A DNA stretch of 64,000 bases from the human T2T-CHM13v2.0 reference genome, Homo sapiens. Below, in pieces: positions 16,553-30,036 of this stretch. The stretch is taken from NCBI RefSeq assembly GCF_009914755.1, contig NC_060927.1; one strand, written 5' to 3'. Made by a program: the position numbers and the translations under genes. A model generated the notes under the pieces. The model saw nothing but the letters and a program-made list of their open reading frames with translations. It had not been told where the DNA came from and ran no database searches. How positions within the stretch are numbered: position 1 is the first letter of the stretch; the number at the start of each line of letters is the position of its first letter.

Positions 16553-17614
16553 ACTGATAATAATATTTTTTATTTTGTTTGTCTTCTTTTTTTTATGAGA
16601 TTTTTCCAGGAGTTTATCTATATAATTAGTCTTTTCAAGGAAGCAGCTATTGGGGTAATTGATTAATCCTAAAATCTATTATTTTATTAATACTTATTTT
16701 CTATGTATTACTTTTCAATAGCCATTGGATTTATTTCATTGTTATTTTATATAGTATTTTAAATTGAATTCATATTTAATTTATTTTCAGTATTTCCTGT
16801 TTGATAGTAAATGCATTTAAGAACATACGGATTCTTCTGAATATTACTTTAATACAAAGCTACATCCCCCAAATTTTGACGCATAGTATTCTTATTGTCA
16901 TTTATTTCTAAATGGATTTTGACCACAATTATTATTTAAAATGTTTCAGTATTTTCAGGTGGATTGTCATTTTTTGGAGAGGATGGATAATGTTTGTCAT
17001 TAATTTCTAACTGTACTGCTTTAAGATCAGAATCTCTGATCTATACGTAATTTTTGCTTCATAGCAGGCTGATAATAGGTCAGTGTTTATAGATATGCAA
17101 AGTGTTTGGAAAAAATATATATTGTTAATTAAATTATTCAGATCTGTATTTGCTTTTGATCTACTTAGGATGACGATTATTGAGAAAGATATATTAAGAT
17201 ATTTCATTGTTTTTGCTTTATCATAGTTTTTTATTTAGATATTTTGCATCCATTTTAATTAGGTATATAGAAGGTTAATGACAGCTTTATTCTCTTAATC
17301 ATACCTTTTATCAATTTAAACAATTCTTTGATATTTAAAAAACTTTTCCCCTTGAGTTCTGCCTTTTATATTAACGTTAATATATCTACTATTTTCAACA
17401 TTTACCCTATGTATCTCTTTAATGTTTTCATTTTTATCTTTTCTGGATCTTTCTGTTTTAGGTATATCTTTTATAATAACTTATTGCTAAGCTTTATTCT
17501 TTTCTTTAACAAATCTTTGTCTCTGACTTATAATAGGGAAATTTATTCCAAAGTCTTTGCTTGGATTAATGACGTTTTGCAATTGTTTCATGCATTTATG
17601 TTTTTAACTTAATG

Positions 17615-17862
17615 ACAAGAAGCAGTGTAAAAGAATGTTATTTGCTCTGACTGGGAAACCCAGTTCTACCATAGTAGATATTTGACCTTGCTTAAATTAC
17701 ATATATTTTCTATGCCTCAGTTTCTTCATAAATTAAATGAGAATGATTATAATTATGCTCAATTCATTGACTTATTGTAGGGATTAAGGAAATGATTACA
17801 TGTAAAATATTTAAAACTTTGCCTGAGAAAGAGTGTGTATGAAATAAATGTCAACTATCATT
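17615..17862 (+). mobile_element. MIR
   Basis: TGACCTTGCTTAAATTAC...ATGCCTCAGTTTCTTCAT...TGTAGGGATTAAGGAAATGA. Confidence 0.75.
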
Positions 17863-17984
17863 ATGTGGCTTTTTTCTTTCCACTTGTATTTGTTCTCTCC
17901 ACCCCCTTTCTTCTTCCAGTGGTTTGTAAACAGTGCATTTGAGTTTTATTGTTCTAGCAGTTACTTTGTATATGTGACAGATGC

Positions 17985-18280
17985 ATTTTGAAATCAACTT
18001 TATTGAAATATCATTTGTATATAATATCATGTACCCATTTTAAGTATATATTTTGATGAATCGTGACAAATATATACAACCACTTAATTACCACCACAAT
18101 TGAGATATAGGACATTTCCATCACATAGCAATAGCCTGTGTCATTTCCTATACAATGCTCTCCACACCCTCCACCTCTTTCCAATACCCCGTTAGTCATT
18201 GATATGCTTTCTGCCACTATGGATTAGATTTATCTTTTCTAGAGTTTCATATAAATAGGAACACATAGCAGGCAGTCTTT
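17985..18280 (-). mobile_element. L1MC/MD-like 3' end
   Basis: CAACTTTATTGAAATAT...ACCACCACAATTGAGATATAGGACATTTCCATCAC...TTCTAGAGTTTCATATAAAT. Confidence 0.75.
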
Positions 18281-18891
18281 CGTAACATATATTAAAAATT
18301 ATTTTGCCTGTATTATCTGGAGTTATTTAATACCTCTGTCCTCCCCTGAATAACAACTTCAGTAGTTTTTCTCTCTCCTCCTCCTCTGTTACCTTCTATT
18401 TTCAGATGACCTAAGATCCTAGTTATAAACATTTAGAGATTATGCACTGAGTTATTTATTAATCTGTTTTCTACTTCATTTACTCATCACTGTGTCTTGT
18501 ATCTTCTGTGTTACTTATTTTATCTATTTATCTTTGTTTCCCACATTTTTTTTCAGATATTTTGAAATACATAGACATGTATTATTTCCTAGAGGGCATG
18601 AAAGGTGGTAACTTTTCTGAATCTTTGCAATATTCTGTATGTCCTTATTTTGCTCTCCTATTTGAATGGCATTTTAGATGCTAAATGTAGGATTCTAAGA
18701 AATATTGTCCTCCTTTATTTTCTCCTGATATGTAGTTTTGCCAGCAGGAGCTCAGATTTAGCACTAAAGAAGACTAACACAACTGGATCTTTTCACTCAC
18801 TATTTTTCAGTTCAGAGATATCTATTTCTACTTTGCAGTTTATCAGTGATTTTTTCAATAATCAAAAATTCAAATATCAATCCTGCTAGTT

Positions 18892-19058
18892 CAGTAGTTC
18901 TCTAATAGCAATATGCATACAAACCACCTGTGGGATCTGTTAAAATGCAGATTCAGTTTTAGTCATTTTAGGATGAGGCCTGAGATTCTGCGCCTCTAAC
19001 AAGCTCCCAGGTGATGGTGATGTTGCTGGTCTGTGGACCACACTTTAAGTATCAAGGC
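18892..19058. mobile_element. MER5-type hAT/Charlie MITE
   Basis: TGTTAAAATGCAGATT and TCTAACAAGCTCCCAGGTGATG...GGACCACACTTT. Confidence 0.8.
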
Positions 19059-21296
19059 CCTGGCTACTGCATCTTCATGGATTTGATATCCCTTTAAACC
19101 ATTCTGAAGAATACATTATTTATCTGAAATTTCTTTTTTTTTTTTTGGTATCTTCTATTAATTCTGTTTTCTTGAGATAGCGATACTTGTATTTCTTAGG
19201 TCTGTGGCTTCTCGCTTCCGGTATTGATTTTCCTCAATTTGTTTCCTTCTTTTAAAAATGCTTGGTTGTCAGAGTTACCTGTTGCTTATCTATTGCTGTG
19301 ACTGTGGGTGAGGGGAGGCACGCTGCTTAGAGTGCACTGGGAGCAATGTGAGGATTCTACATCTGCCTGTCTGACTTCAGAACTGGCTCTGCTTCTGTCT
19401 ACGGGCAATACCACTGTCACCAAATGCTTATCATAAGCTAGGGGAGAGCGCTGACCAGCACAGCTGATAATGATGATGATCAAAATAACCAAATTAACAT
19501 TTTTGAGTGCCTACTGCATGCAAGGCCCTGTTCTGAGTGCTACACACGTATTAACTTGTTTAACAAATGCATCTTGTCAAAGACATGTTTAAAAATCTAA
19601 ACCATATTAACAGTTCCTCTCTGTTTTTAGTGTTCTCTAATTTGCTGAAATTGATGAGCACGATTTATCTTTATTCTAATTATTTCTCCTTCTTCTTCAC
19701 TTCTGTGATTAAACAGAAAATGCTAAATATACAGATATTTGCCTAGTTGAAATAGCCAAAATATTCCAGCATAACTAGATAATACCCCCAAACCGAACCC
19801 TGTATAGAGGACAGTGAATGGAGACAAAGAGCATGAGAGAATAAGAAAAAAGAAGAAATAAAAGAAAGTAAACTCAAGGAGAGAGGGTGAATAAAGAGAC
19901 AATATAAAAGATGAAGTAGAAGATTAATGGAGGTAAAACTTGCACGATAAAGAATTCAGCTGCATTTTGCTTGGGTTTATGTTTAGACCTTCCTTAAATT
20001 CTTTCACATCTCTGCAAACAGGAAGATTAATTGAGTAGCCTTCAACATTCAGACACAGCCCTGGCTGTGGTGACCTTACAGATTTGACCCAGGAGAACAG
20101 GAGGAATATTAATTTTGGCTTCTAAACAGGCAGATTTTCATAAATTTATTGGAGAGACATCTTGTTCTGTGTTGTATGGATTGTTTCTGTGAGCTGAATG
20201 AAATGGTCTCTTATTTTGTGGGCTCGCGGGGATTTTATTAGCAATATTTATTTAGACACCAAAGAAGAAGCCATTTGAATCTTGGAACCTGGTTTGAATT
20301 TGCAGCTAAATGTGATCTTTCATCTCGGGGCTATTTCCTTTCATTTTCAGGATGTGGATAGACAATGGAAAGACAGGTGAAGCCATTGGTATTTTGGGCT
20401 CATGCCACTAAATTCCAATATTTCGGGTTCTGGGAAATTTGAAGCTCACACTCTTAAAATGTTTTCCACTGTTTGTAAAGGCATTTGTTTTGCAAAGGAA
20501 ACACAATCCTGATGTTCTGTACTTATAAAATCTGCATCTTTAGAGTTGACCGTGCCTCTACGGGCCTTTCTACTTGTCTTTAATTAGGGTTAGATAATAT
20601 TATTCTGGATAAAGAAAGCAGCCCAACAGAAAAGGGACGGTCAAAGCAGCCCTCGGGACATCAGCCTGGTTTGAATCTATCTATATTTTTAATAAATTGT
20701 TCATTTTTCAGTTTGTAACTTGAATCTCACTGAAAGATACAGCCTCCAAACACACGGAGTTTCTACCATGGGCCTTGCCCTAAGCTCGAACCCTGGGACA
20801 CAAAGATAATTCCATGAAATTCTTGGGTTCAGGGACCATCAGATGAGTCCTAAACAGAGATATTTTTGGGAACAGAGTGCTAAAACACATTATATGTACT
20901 GTAACAGGGTAGCGTATGAAGTAAGTGGAAAGGGGGCCTCACTCAGCCTGAGTAAGTGGAGTACTGAACAGACATTGTGAAGGAGGCAACGTTGCCCCTG
21001 GATCTCACAAAATGAAGAGATGTTCTCCAGTACAATTTTTCTCTCTTCTTCCAACACTCCATAACTGCCCCCTCCTTCTCTTCCTCATTCCACTATGCCT
21101 CTGCATGCCTACTTTTAAAGCTTTGTTTCTGAAGAAAAAGGATCTATTCAAAATGCTGACAATCCCCGTTAAATGGCTCTTTAAGAGGTCCCAGGTTGTC
21201 AGAACTGCTTCACGTCCTTGAGCTTGGAGATCAACCTGCTATTTATCCAGCTGAAATCCCTCCACCTCCTCACAGACTCCGGCTTGCATCTTAAAT

Positions 21297-21419
21297 TTGC
21301 GTCATTTGTTCTGACTCACGCAGCTGTTTGAATTATAGCACTCAACTTCACCCAGGTGTAATTGATTTTCTCTTGCCTGCCACTTGTATATTGGCAGCCA
21401 ATCCCAAAAAGAGGAAGTG
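21297..21419. promoter_or_regulatory. Candidate enhancer motif cluster (ATF/CEBP-like, AP-1, E-box, PU.1/ETS)
   Basis: TTGCGTCAT 21297-21305, TGACTCA 21312-21318, CAGCTG 21321-21326 and AAAAAGAGGAAGTG 21406-21419, in apparently non-repeat sequence. Confidence 0.4.
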
Positions 21420-23234
21420 TCTTAAATTTAGGCGATTTGAGACATGATAGGTAGTGCTGAGTATCTGTGTGTGTCAATGTTGATGGGGGAGGTGAGAGAA
21501 CTCCATAACTCCCCTTCTTTAGGGTGACAATCCTCTTGCTGTCATCCATCACTGAAGCCTTCCTCCTTGCTCTGGTCGAGGCAGGGAGCAGGCCCATCCA
21601 TCCTGGAGGAGCAGGATGCACAACCGTAGAAAATGATTGGCATCAGTTTTACAGAGGCACTCTCCATTCTGGGGCATCATATCAGTCTTGTGTCATGTGT
21701 ATTGATTGTAGACTTCCTTACAGAGAGTCTGGCTCACGACTAGGGTACCAATGCAATTCTTCTGGCCCCTGCCTGCTGAGAGAGGGAGATGACAGAGAGG
21801 TTGTGTGAAGGTGAAACAAAGACTTGATCTTCAGTGGCTGTTGTTTCATTTGTTCTGAGTACCTGCAAGGCTCTGCAATGGAACAGGACATCTTTTACCT
21901 TCTAATTGCCAGTCTAGGAGAGGCTGCCTGCTAGAGGCAGATTTGGGTAATGAAGACTGGCAAGGTTTCTAATGATGAACAAAGGGAGAGTGGGGGAGTC
22001 ATAGACCAGAGCATAGATAATTCATGGCATACTCAAAATTGTGTCTCAGTGGCATGTCTCTTCCTTGCCCTTGAGTTCAGAGTATCTCATCTGATATTTA
22101 TGGAATGTCTCTGCGGTGGCATGCATGATGCTAGGTATGTGGGACCCATAGCCAAACAAGACAGAGTCCCTGCCCTTCAAGGCCTTAGGATTGATGTATT
22201 AGTATTGTTTCATCAGTCTCCGTTTTTTAAAAATCTCTTGAATTACTCCCGTCTTCTCCATCCTCTCTGGAAAGCTTCGCCAACTTCAGGCAAAGCTCCT
22301 CTCTATACTCTGTACTTAGGTTAGCACTGAACTCTCTAAGTCATGGTCAGATGGGTTTCTCTCCCCTGAATGTCTTGTTCATAAGTCTCTGCGGGCAAAA
22401 ACAGCATCTTTTCATCTCAGAATCCCCATTGCTCTTGTCAGGAAGTGGGCATTCAGAAGTACATTGAGTGATGAACCTCACAGCTTATGTCTGTCTTTCC
22501 CTTATTCATTCTTCAGTAACCTTCTCAGGTTGGGATAGAAGAAGCTCAGCCAGGGCCTAACGTTATAAAATGTTGTCTGGTGAATGAGACCTTGGGAGAG
22601 GAGAGGGGAGTTTGGTCAGGGCCCAGCTCTGTCTCTGATTTGCACTTGGCATGAATCATCTCACTTCTCTTGACCTCTATCAGTCGTATCCATAACGTTT
22701 GCTCATGTATACTGTGGGAATTGGAAACGATAAGACACTGCTAACTGCATTCATGGTCAATCATTGTTTTCATGTGCACATTAATCTTGTAAACAGTTAT
22801 TAAACACCAGTTGTATAGGAGGCTTCTCCCAGCAGGCTCTGCATACCACACCTCAGTTGCATCAAATGGAATGCTTGCTCTCCACTCAGTATACCTTCCT
22901 TCTCCTGTCCTGGGGCTCTTCCCCCTGCTTGGGAGGCCCTAGTGCCACCCCATCACTACTGTCTTTTCTTTGGTTTTGTTTTCTGAATCCTCAGTTTCTA
23001 TTCTGGCTTCTCGAGTGTTACCTTCTCTGTGAAGACTTCTCTCACCCCTCTTCTCTCCACTTGAGTGGAGCACTTCATCTCTCCTCTGCTGTGGCATGCC
23101 TGTGCTTGTAGAGCAGCTATAGATCTGCATGTTTACCTTCCTATTAAATTATGAGCTCTATAAGAGCTGGATTCCTCATAGTGTCTGATACCAAGAGATT
23201 GATCTTTTCTTCCTTCTGACCTGTTCTTCTACAG

Positions 23235-24579
23235 CAGTGGTGCTCAAACATTTTGGCTTCAGGACTCCTTTGTGTGCTTTAAAATGATTAAGGACTCCAA
23301 AGAGCTTTTGCTTATGTTAGTTAGATCTATTCATATTTACTCTATTAGAAATTAAAAGTGTGAAACGTAAAAAATTCATTAGTTCACATATTTTCCAAAA
23401 GAAAGTGGTGTTGTTTTACATTCTTGCAAATCTCCTAAGTTTGGCTTAATTGAAGACATAAGTATATTCAATCTGTAATAATATGTTGTTTAGTTGAAGT
23501 AGATGAAGAAAATTCTGCCTTATACAGACGTATAATGGAAAAAGAGTGAAATATTTTAATATTATTTTCAGACAATTGTAGACAGTTCTCTCTCTCTCTC
23601 TTTTTTGCTACCACATCAAAACTTAACAACTGGGAGTTTCTCTAAGATTAACTGCATTGTGGGATCTGGAACTATATGAATGAACATTTTGTACTCAGTT
23701 ATATTAAAATTTACTAGTGCATCTTGCATTTTAAATGTGTATTTTCTCCATGCATGGCTTTGTAACACTACGCATTTGGTCATCTGGGAAATATTGGTTC
23801 ACTGACTTCTACCAGTCTTTCAAATGTTGGCACATTTCATTCCAAAACTCAAATTATCACATATTTCAACATCAACACTAATCAAATAAAAAAAGTTTTA
23901 AGTATTGGGGAGCTGTTAAGTTCCTGGTGGTGGATACACCTTTTCCAACATTCTAATTTTTTATTGAAAGCTTAAATTTTATGATTGGCAAAAGGTATTA
24001 TTGATTGTGCTCTTGAAGTGGCAGCTTCACTTTGTTCATTACTGAAAAAATGTCTGTGAAATACCCAGGTTTAAATACCTATAGTTTGTCTGTCAGTCAT
24101 TCTTCCAAATAAATATGTGTTTCATGAAAAAAGCAATTGACTTAGTTTATATCTCAATTGCACAACTACTTTTTCTTGAGACAACTATTATACTTCAGGA
24201 AACAGCAGAAGCCCTTCGTGCATATTTCTCATTTTGTCATGGAATAGAAAAAGATGTGTACTCATCGTTATAAATTTCATAAAATAAATAATAATTTTAA
24301 CTGCATCTTTAAAGCAAATTAAAGAGAAATTTACTTTTTCTTTTAATAGTTGTTCATGGCCGTGAAAAATATGGCCTGATTTGGGTTCACTTCCTTAAAT
24401 GTGCTAAGGCCCCAGCAATTTTACCTGCTGTTGTTTTTGCACATCAGTCCAAATGGCAACACAGGAAAAGTGGCAAATAATAGCTTCATATTATTTTGAA
24501 AATAATTGGACCTTGTGTCTTCTCTGAAAGGATCTCAGAAACCGCTAGGGATTGTTGAACCACAATTTGAGAACTACTG
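23235..24579. mobile_element. Charlie1a-like hAT DNA transposon fossil (non-autonomous)
   Basis: TIRs CAGTGGTGCTCAAA / TTTGAGAACTACTG (12/14 complementary) enclosing 1345 bp of Charlie1-like sequence. The 8-bp TSD is not preserved. Confidence 0.82.
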
Positions 24580-25932
24580 ATGGAAATAATTGGTTTCTGT
24601 GTTTTCCCCCCTTTACGTAGTCATCTTTTCTTTACCAAGAGTAAAAAAGGCCTGTTTGTACTAGATCTATACCGAAGATTTAAGAGGAGAGACAGGATTT
24701 TCTATTTGACTTCATTTCTTTCTGCAATCTCATTCTGCCTTTGGTTTAGACATCGTCTCCTTTGATTCATCAGGGGCCAGTGACCTAGTCAGAGGGTCAC
24801 AGAGCTAAGACTGACCAATTGATCAAGCACTAGAAGCACAGAGTATAAAGAAGAAGAAAAGAGAGCCGGGTAGGGAAAGTACTAGAGGAAACAATGTTTG
24901 AAGATAAAAAATATGAGAATTAAAGAAAGAGGAACTAAGGAGGAGTGAACAGGAAGGGAAATAAATGAAGAAAAACAGGGACAATACAAGTAAAGAAAAT
25001 AAGACGAAAGGAAGGGGGATCCTGTGGTAGGAGAGCATGATGTCATCTGCTAGAAAGGCTGTGAACCAGGAGATCTGGGTTCAGCAGGGCCACATCCAGC
25101 TTCCATCCTTGCAAGACTCTATATCCTCCATGGGTCTCACATTTTTCCTTCTGCAAAATGAGATGGCTGAGAGGGGAAGAGAGGGTACTGGGGGCAGACA
25201 AGAACGTCCAGGGGATGGGCTTCCAGGAAAGCCCCTGCACTCCCAAAATTGTGAGTAAAATCTTGGGTGTTCAGAGGTTTTTTTTTCCCAGGACAGGGAG
25301 TGGGTTGTTCTCATAAATTACTCAAAGGTCTCTTTACCAAGCTGGATGAAGAAGCGCTGGTTTGGATGGTTTATGATCTTTTGTGGCCCCAAAACTTTAT
25401 GATTCTTGCATAGAAGTAGAGCCCGCATTCTGATTCTAAACTAATTTCCAAGCCTTGTGGTTTCACCATCATTGCCTTTGACCCTGAGCAAAATTCAACA
25501 TGAAGTCTCTGGCCTTATAACAATTTGTTTTTCCCTATGTAGAAAAAAATTAATGAAACAACAATCCCTGAGAGTCCTGAACCCTTGTCACCCTGCAGTG
25601 TCTGGCAGGTAGAACAGGTGGAAAATCAGAATCTTTGGGAGCCACCCAGCCCAGCTGCTGCCCCAAACAAGCTGCAAGCAAACAGAGACGGCTTTACCCT
25701 GCGTGCTACAGCCGCAGCTCCTCTGGTCCCAGCTTGTTGACTTGGTCCCAGAGAAGGAACAAAGCTGTCCAAGTCCAATGAATGGCCGGCAGTGGAAAAC
25801 CAGTGTTGCTGTCTGTTGGCAGGCAGGGCGGCCGACACCACACTTGGTCAGCTCCCCACAAGCGGCGCTCCCCTACCCCCACCATGGCTAGCTTTGGCAG
25901 GCGTTGCCAGGCCTGAGAACGCAGGAAGTTTT

Positions 25933-25947
25933 GGGTCACGGTGACCT
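25933..25947. promoter_or_regulatory. Perfect palindromic estrogen response element
   Basis: GGTCA-CGG-TGACC at 25934-25946 matches GGTCAnnnTGACC exactly. ETS motif CAGGAAGT at 25922-25929. Function not shown. Confidence 0.6.
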
Positions 25948-28900
25948 CTAGTTGTTGATGCCAGATGAAATATGCCCTGGAGGTTCTCCAGTGTCACATG
26001 GTGTGTGGAGCAAGAAAAGGCAGGGTTGCTCTTGCGCTGACGAAGTGGATTTTGGTTCCCAAATGGCACCCCTTGGGGAATAGGAGGGGTTGTGGGTGGG
26101 AAGGGGGGCAGGCAGGCCGAGCGGTGGTGTGAGAGTGGGCAAGGGAGGATTAGTTTTGCATTTTTCATCTCCTTCAGCCTTCCAGGAAGCCGCTTCCTCC
26201 TGGAGGTGGAAGCATACCCCCAGATTTGTGGCGTGGGAATTTGGGGAAAAGTTTCTGCGGTGTTTTAGTTGTTTATGTGGTGGTGGGGGTGGATTTCTAG
26301 CCCTATACATGCTGGGTCTCATAGCTGGATAAAAGCTATGTAACATGTGGGGCCTGACCTACAGCCCCGCCGGTAGCTCAATTGCTTAAAATGGAAAGGA
26401 CGTCAACCATGGTTGCTCAGGGGAGGGGGTGCCACCTCCAGACCCAGATTGCTTTCAGCTACTACCCGGGAAAACGATACTGTCCCTTTCCATCCTGCTG
26501 AAATCTCTCTTCATCTTGTTTACACATGTTGAGTTATCTAGTCCTGTTTTTCTGAATTCCAAACACTTAGAGGAGGCTCAGTGGCTCCCAAAGGAGACCT
26601 CTACCAGAAGTCCAGTGATGGACACCTGTCTTTTGTCCCACGTAGGTCCATCATGCCTAAATACAATCTCTATGCCTTGTCCTGGGCAGGAGGATGAGGC
26701 TTGGCTACGTTCCCTTTCACGAATCAAGACGAGAGGACTGAAAGAGAAACAGCTGAAAAGAAGGAGCCAAATAAAAAACAAGATCCAGCTGGAGGAGTTC
26801 AGGCCCGATAAGCAGGCTTGAAAAAGAGGTCAGGCCCCAGGAGCTGGGCTGGAGCAGTGAGGAGTGTTTCTTCCAAGAGAAGATGACTGCCTGAGAGGTA
26901 GGTGGGCTCTAGTCTGCTGCCCCACACCCAGCTTCAGTTGCCACAGGGAGGCCTTTCCAGTTTTCCCTCCTTCTCTCCTGAAGGCCAAATTGCCTCAGCT
27001 GCATTGAAATGGAGACAGAAAGGGTATATCTGAGATGTAGAGGGAAGGTATCTTTGGGGAAAATGAAAAATCATTCAAGGGTCATCTCCAATCTCACCTC
27101 CTCCAAGAATCCTTGCCAAATCTCTCTCATGGGTCTCGGCTCTCTCTCCACCCTCCTCCATAGCAGTTCATGTCTTGGTTCTAGTATATGTCTCTAACTG
27201 TCACATAATGAATTATTTGGTAATGGTAGTAAGATAATATTTGCACAGTGTGTCTTCCATTGCAAAATGTATTACTTTTGCAAATAGTAACTCGTTTGCT
27301 CTCTGTAATGACCCTGAAAAGTAGCTAGTAGTTATTGATAGTTTGCTTTATTTAGAAGTAGGGTGGTACAGAAAGCACAGACCTTGGCTCTGTCAGATTA
27401 AGGCTTGAATTATAAACCTTGTGATTGGCTGACTATGAGAGCTTGGATAGCCTTCTTGACCAGTTCAGACAGCGGTTGGCCCCACCAAGAGAAATCTGTG
27501 CCCTCTCATCTGCCAGTGGGGCCACTGCGGCTTCCACCGCAAGCTAAGTTTCTGGTAAAAGAAAATCCTGCCTTGTACATCCAGAAAAATATTAGCTTGG
27601 AGGCATCCTATTTTCACAACATACTATTTGGAACTCTGAGCAAATGCCATGGTTTTCTAGCATCAAAACAACTTTATTCCAAAGTTTCTTTTGGAAATTT
27701 GAAGGCCATGCACTCTGCCAGGCCTCACATTCCAGCTCTCCTTGGCAGCCATGCCCTTGGGTCATTACAGCTCCTCTCTCACATACCTGCATCCATGTCC
27801 TGCTTTGATTTCTCTTCGCTTTCCCTCCTGTGTCCTCCCCCTTCCAACTCTTTTCACAGTACCCTTGAAGTTTGCCTGTTCATGCCAGCGAACCCTCACA
27901 GTTTTAGTCTCTTTATAGAGTTCCTTCCCTATCTTCTGCCCTAATTGAAACTTGGTCTCCCCTACTTGTTGGAAGTCCTCTTAATGGTCTTCTAAGACAT
28001 GTAAAGTCTCACCCTAAATTTGGAGCTATGTGACTTTTTCTTATATCCCACATTACTGTTCCAAAATGTTATTCTTCCTGCAATTCAACATTTATCTTAA
28101 AAAAAAAAATTAGGTATTTGGCGACACCATCCAAGTCCTCCACATTTCACACTCACCCCCCACTGTCAACCATGGACCTCTGGCAACCATGGACCTCTTA
28201 ATTTCTCTCCACAGTCATTGAATATTTAAAAACACAATTTGCAATTCTCCTTCTTTCCTTAAGCCCTACCATCATTCTGGATGGTCAATATTCGGGACCA
28301 TCCAATTCCTTGACTTTCAGAAACTTCAGGATCTCATTTTCTAACCACAAGCCTTGATCATTGTGTATCTCACCCCCTTCATCTGTTCTCTGATATCTTT
28401 TAGAGTCCTTGGGCTGTCTGCACCAAACTTCTCCAACCTAACATTTTTGTTTGTTTTCTTTTCAAATTAATAATAAAAATAATAATAAATAAATAATAAT
28501 AAAAATTAATAATAAAAATAATAGCAAATATTTCTTGAGTACTCAGTACTTGGTGTGCTGCATGATCAGATTTTTACGTACATCTTTTTAGTTGCTATAT
28601 ACAACCCTATGAGTTAGGTGCTGCTATTGTTTTATTTTAATTTTTTTGCAGATGAGAAAACTAACAAATAGAGGTACTGAGTTGGGATTTGAGCTCAAAT
28701 ATTCTGGCTCTAGAGAGGATATTACTACCATGTCTCTCCTCTCTCTATCTCTTAAAAGTCTTTGTGTTGGGGGTTTCAACCTTGGTCATCCTTTTCATTC
28801 CACACACTTTTTCCAAATGTCCTGCTCATGTGCTCCTATATTCAGTTAACACCCAATTCTGTAATTTTAGTGTTATTGTAGAAAACATTCCCCTGGCCTT

Positions 28901-29009
28901 TCTTTGGCCTCAGTTTCCTCATCTGTGAAATGAGAGTAATGATAGTTTCTACCTCCTAGGGCTGTATGTAGTAAGCAAATGTATATAAAAAGCTGACTTT
29001 TTATCTATC

Positions 29010-29800
29010 ACCAGAGCCAGCTTCTTATTCACCATCTACATTTCCACTCAAATGGCCCACAGGCATCTCACACACAACATGTACCAAGCTGCATTCACCA
29101 TGCCTCACATGTTCCAATATTGGTGGCTTTTCCCTCTTATCCATCCAATTTCCTTGTGAATAGTTTTCTTCTTCTTTCTCAGCCCTACATGTTACCTGTC
29201 TCTAAGTTGTGTTCCATCAGTTCTAGTATGTAAATTGACTCTATTGCCTAAATTCAGGCCCTCATCCCTTCACATCTGAATAATTGCCATGTTTTCCTAC
29301 CTGGAATCCCTCCCTGTTCCTACTTTTTATAGCTTTAAGAGATAATTAATTTTTTTAAAAAAGAAGGAATCAGACGATGTTCATTCTGTTTGTTTTAAAT
29401 TCTTCCATGGTTCCCCAAAGCTTTTAGGATAAAGTTCAAATTTCTTTGTTTATTAATTTTTTTAAAACTTTATCTTGCTTTTGTGCTTCATCATGTTAAT
29501 ATTTCTTGCCATTTTTCCTAACACTTATTTTGCCCAATCATGGGGAACTTCTGGTAGGTCCTCAAACGCCAGGGTCTACCAAAGCTCATTGCACTTGTAA
29601 ATGCTGATTTTTCTGTTCATCTCTCCTTGCTCTGGCTAACTTCCTCTTAAACTTGTCTCAGCTCAGGTGTCATCTTTTGCAGAAATATATTTTTCTTGAT
29701 GCCTGTGGTTTATTTTGGTACTTCGTCTGTAATTCCAGAGCACCTGGTACATATTTCTGCCAATCAATTAACTCTCCACATCATGATTCTCAACTTTACT
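29010..29800 (+). mobile_element. L2 fragment
   Basis: CCCACAGGCATCTCACACACAACATGTACCAA, TTCAGGCCCTCATC and TTTAGGATAAAGTTCAAA. Confidence 0.65.
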
Positions 29801-29821
29801 TTGCCTCCAAATACCTAGAGC

Positions 29822-30036
29822 CAGGGTGGCAAACAGCAGCCCAGTGACCAAAGTCATCCTGCCACTTGTTTTTGTAAATAAAGTTTTATTGGAACAGAAG
29901 CATGCCCATTCAGTGTGCTCTATGGCTGATTTTGGATAAAAAGAGCAGAGTTTAATTGTTGTAACAGAGTCTATGTATCCCCCAAAGCTAAAATATTTAC
30001 TATTTGACCTTTTGCAGAAAATGTTTGCAGTCCCCT
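29822..30036 (+). mobile_element. MER58A-like hAT MITE
   Basis: CAGGGTGGCAAAC...TTTTTGTAAATAAAGTTTTATTGGAACA...AAAATATTTACTATTTGACCTTTTGCAGAAAATGTTTGC. Confidence 0.85.

Noticed and set aside
25600-26400. CpG-island promoter
   Set aside because: CpG density is raised only modestly, and no island or clear first exon is visible.
27405-27944. 179-aa ORF, the longest non-L1 ORF
   Set aside because: No ATG at the listed start (TTG), begins in a MIR, runs into L2-like sequence and has no recognisable domain.
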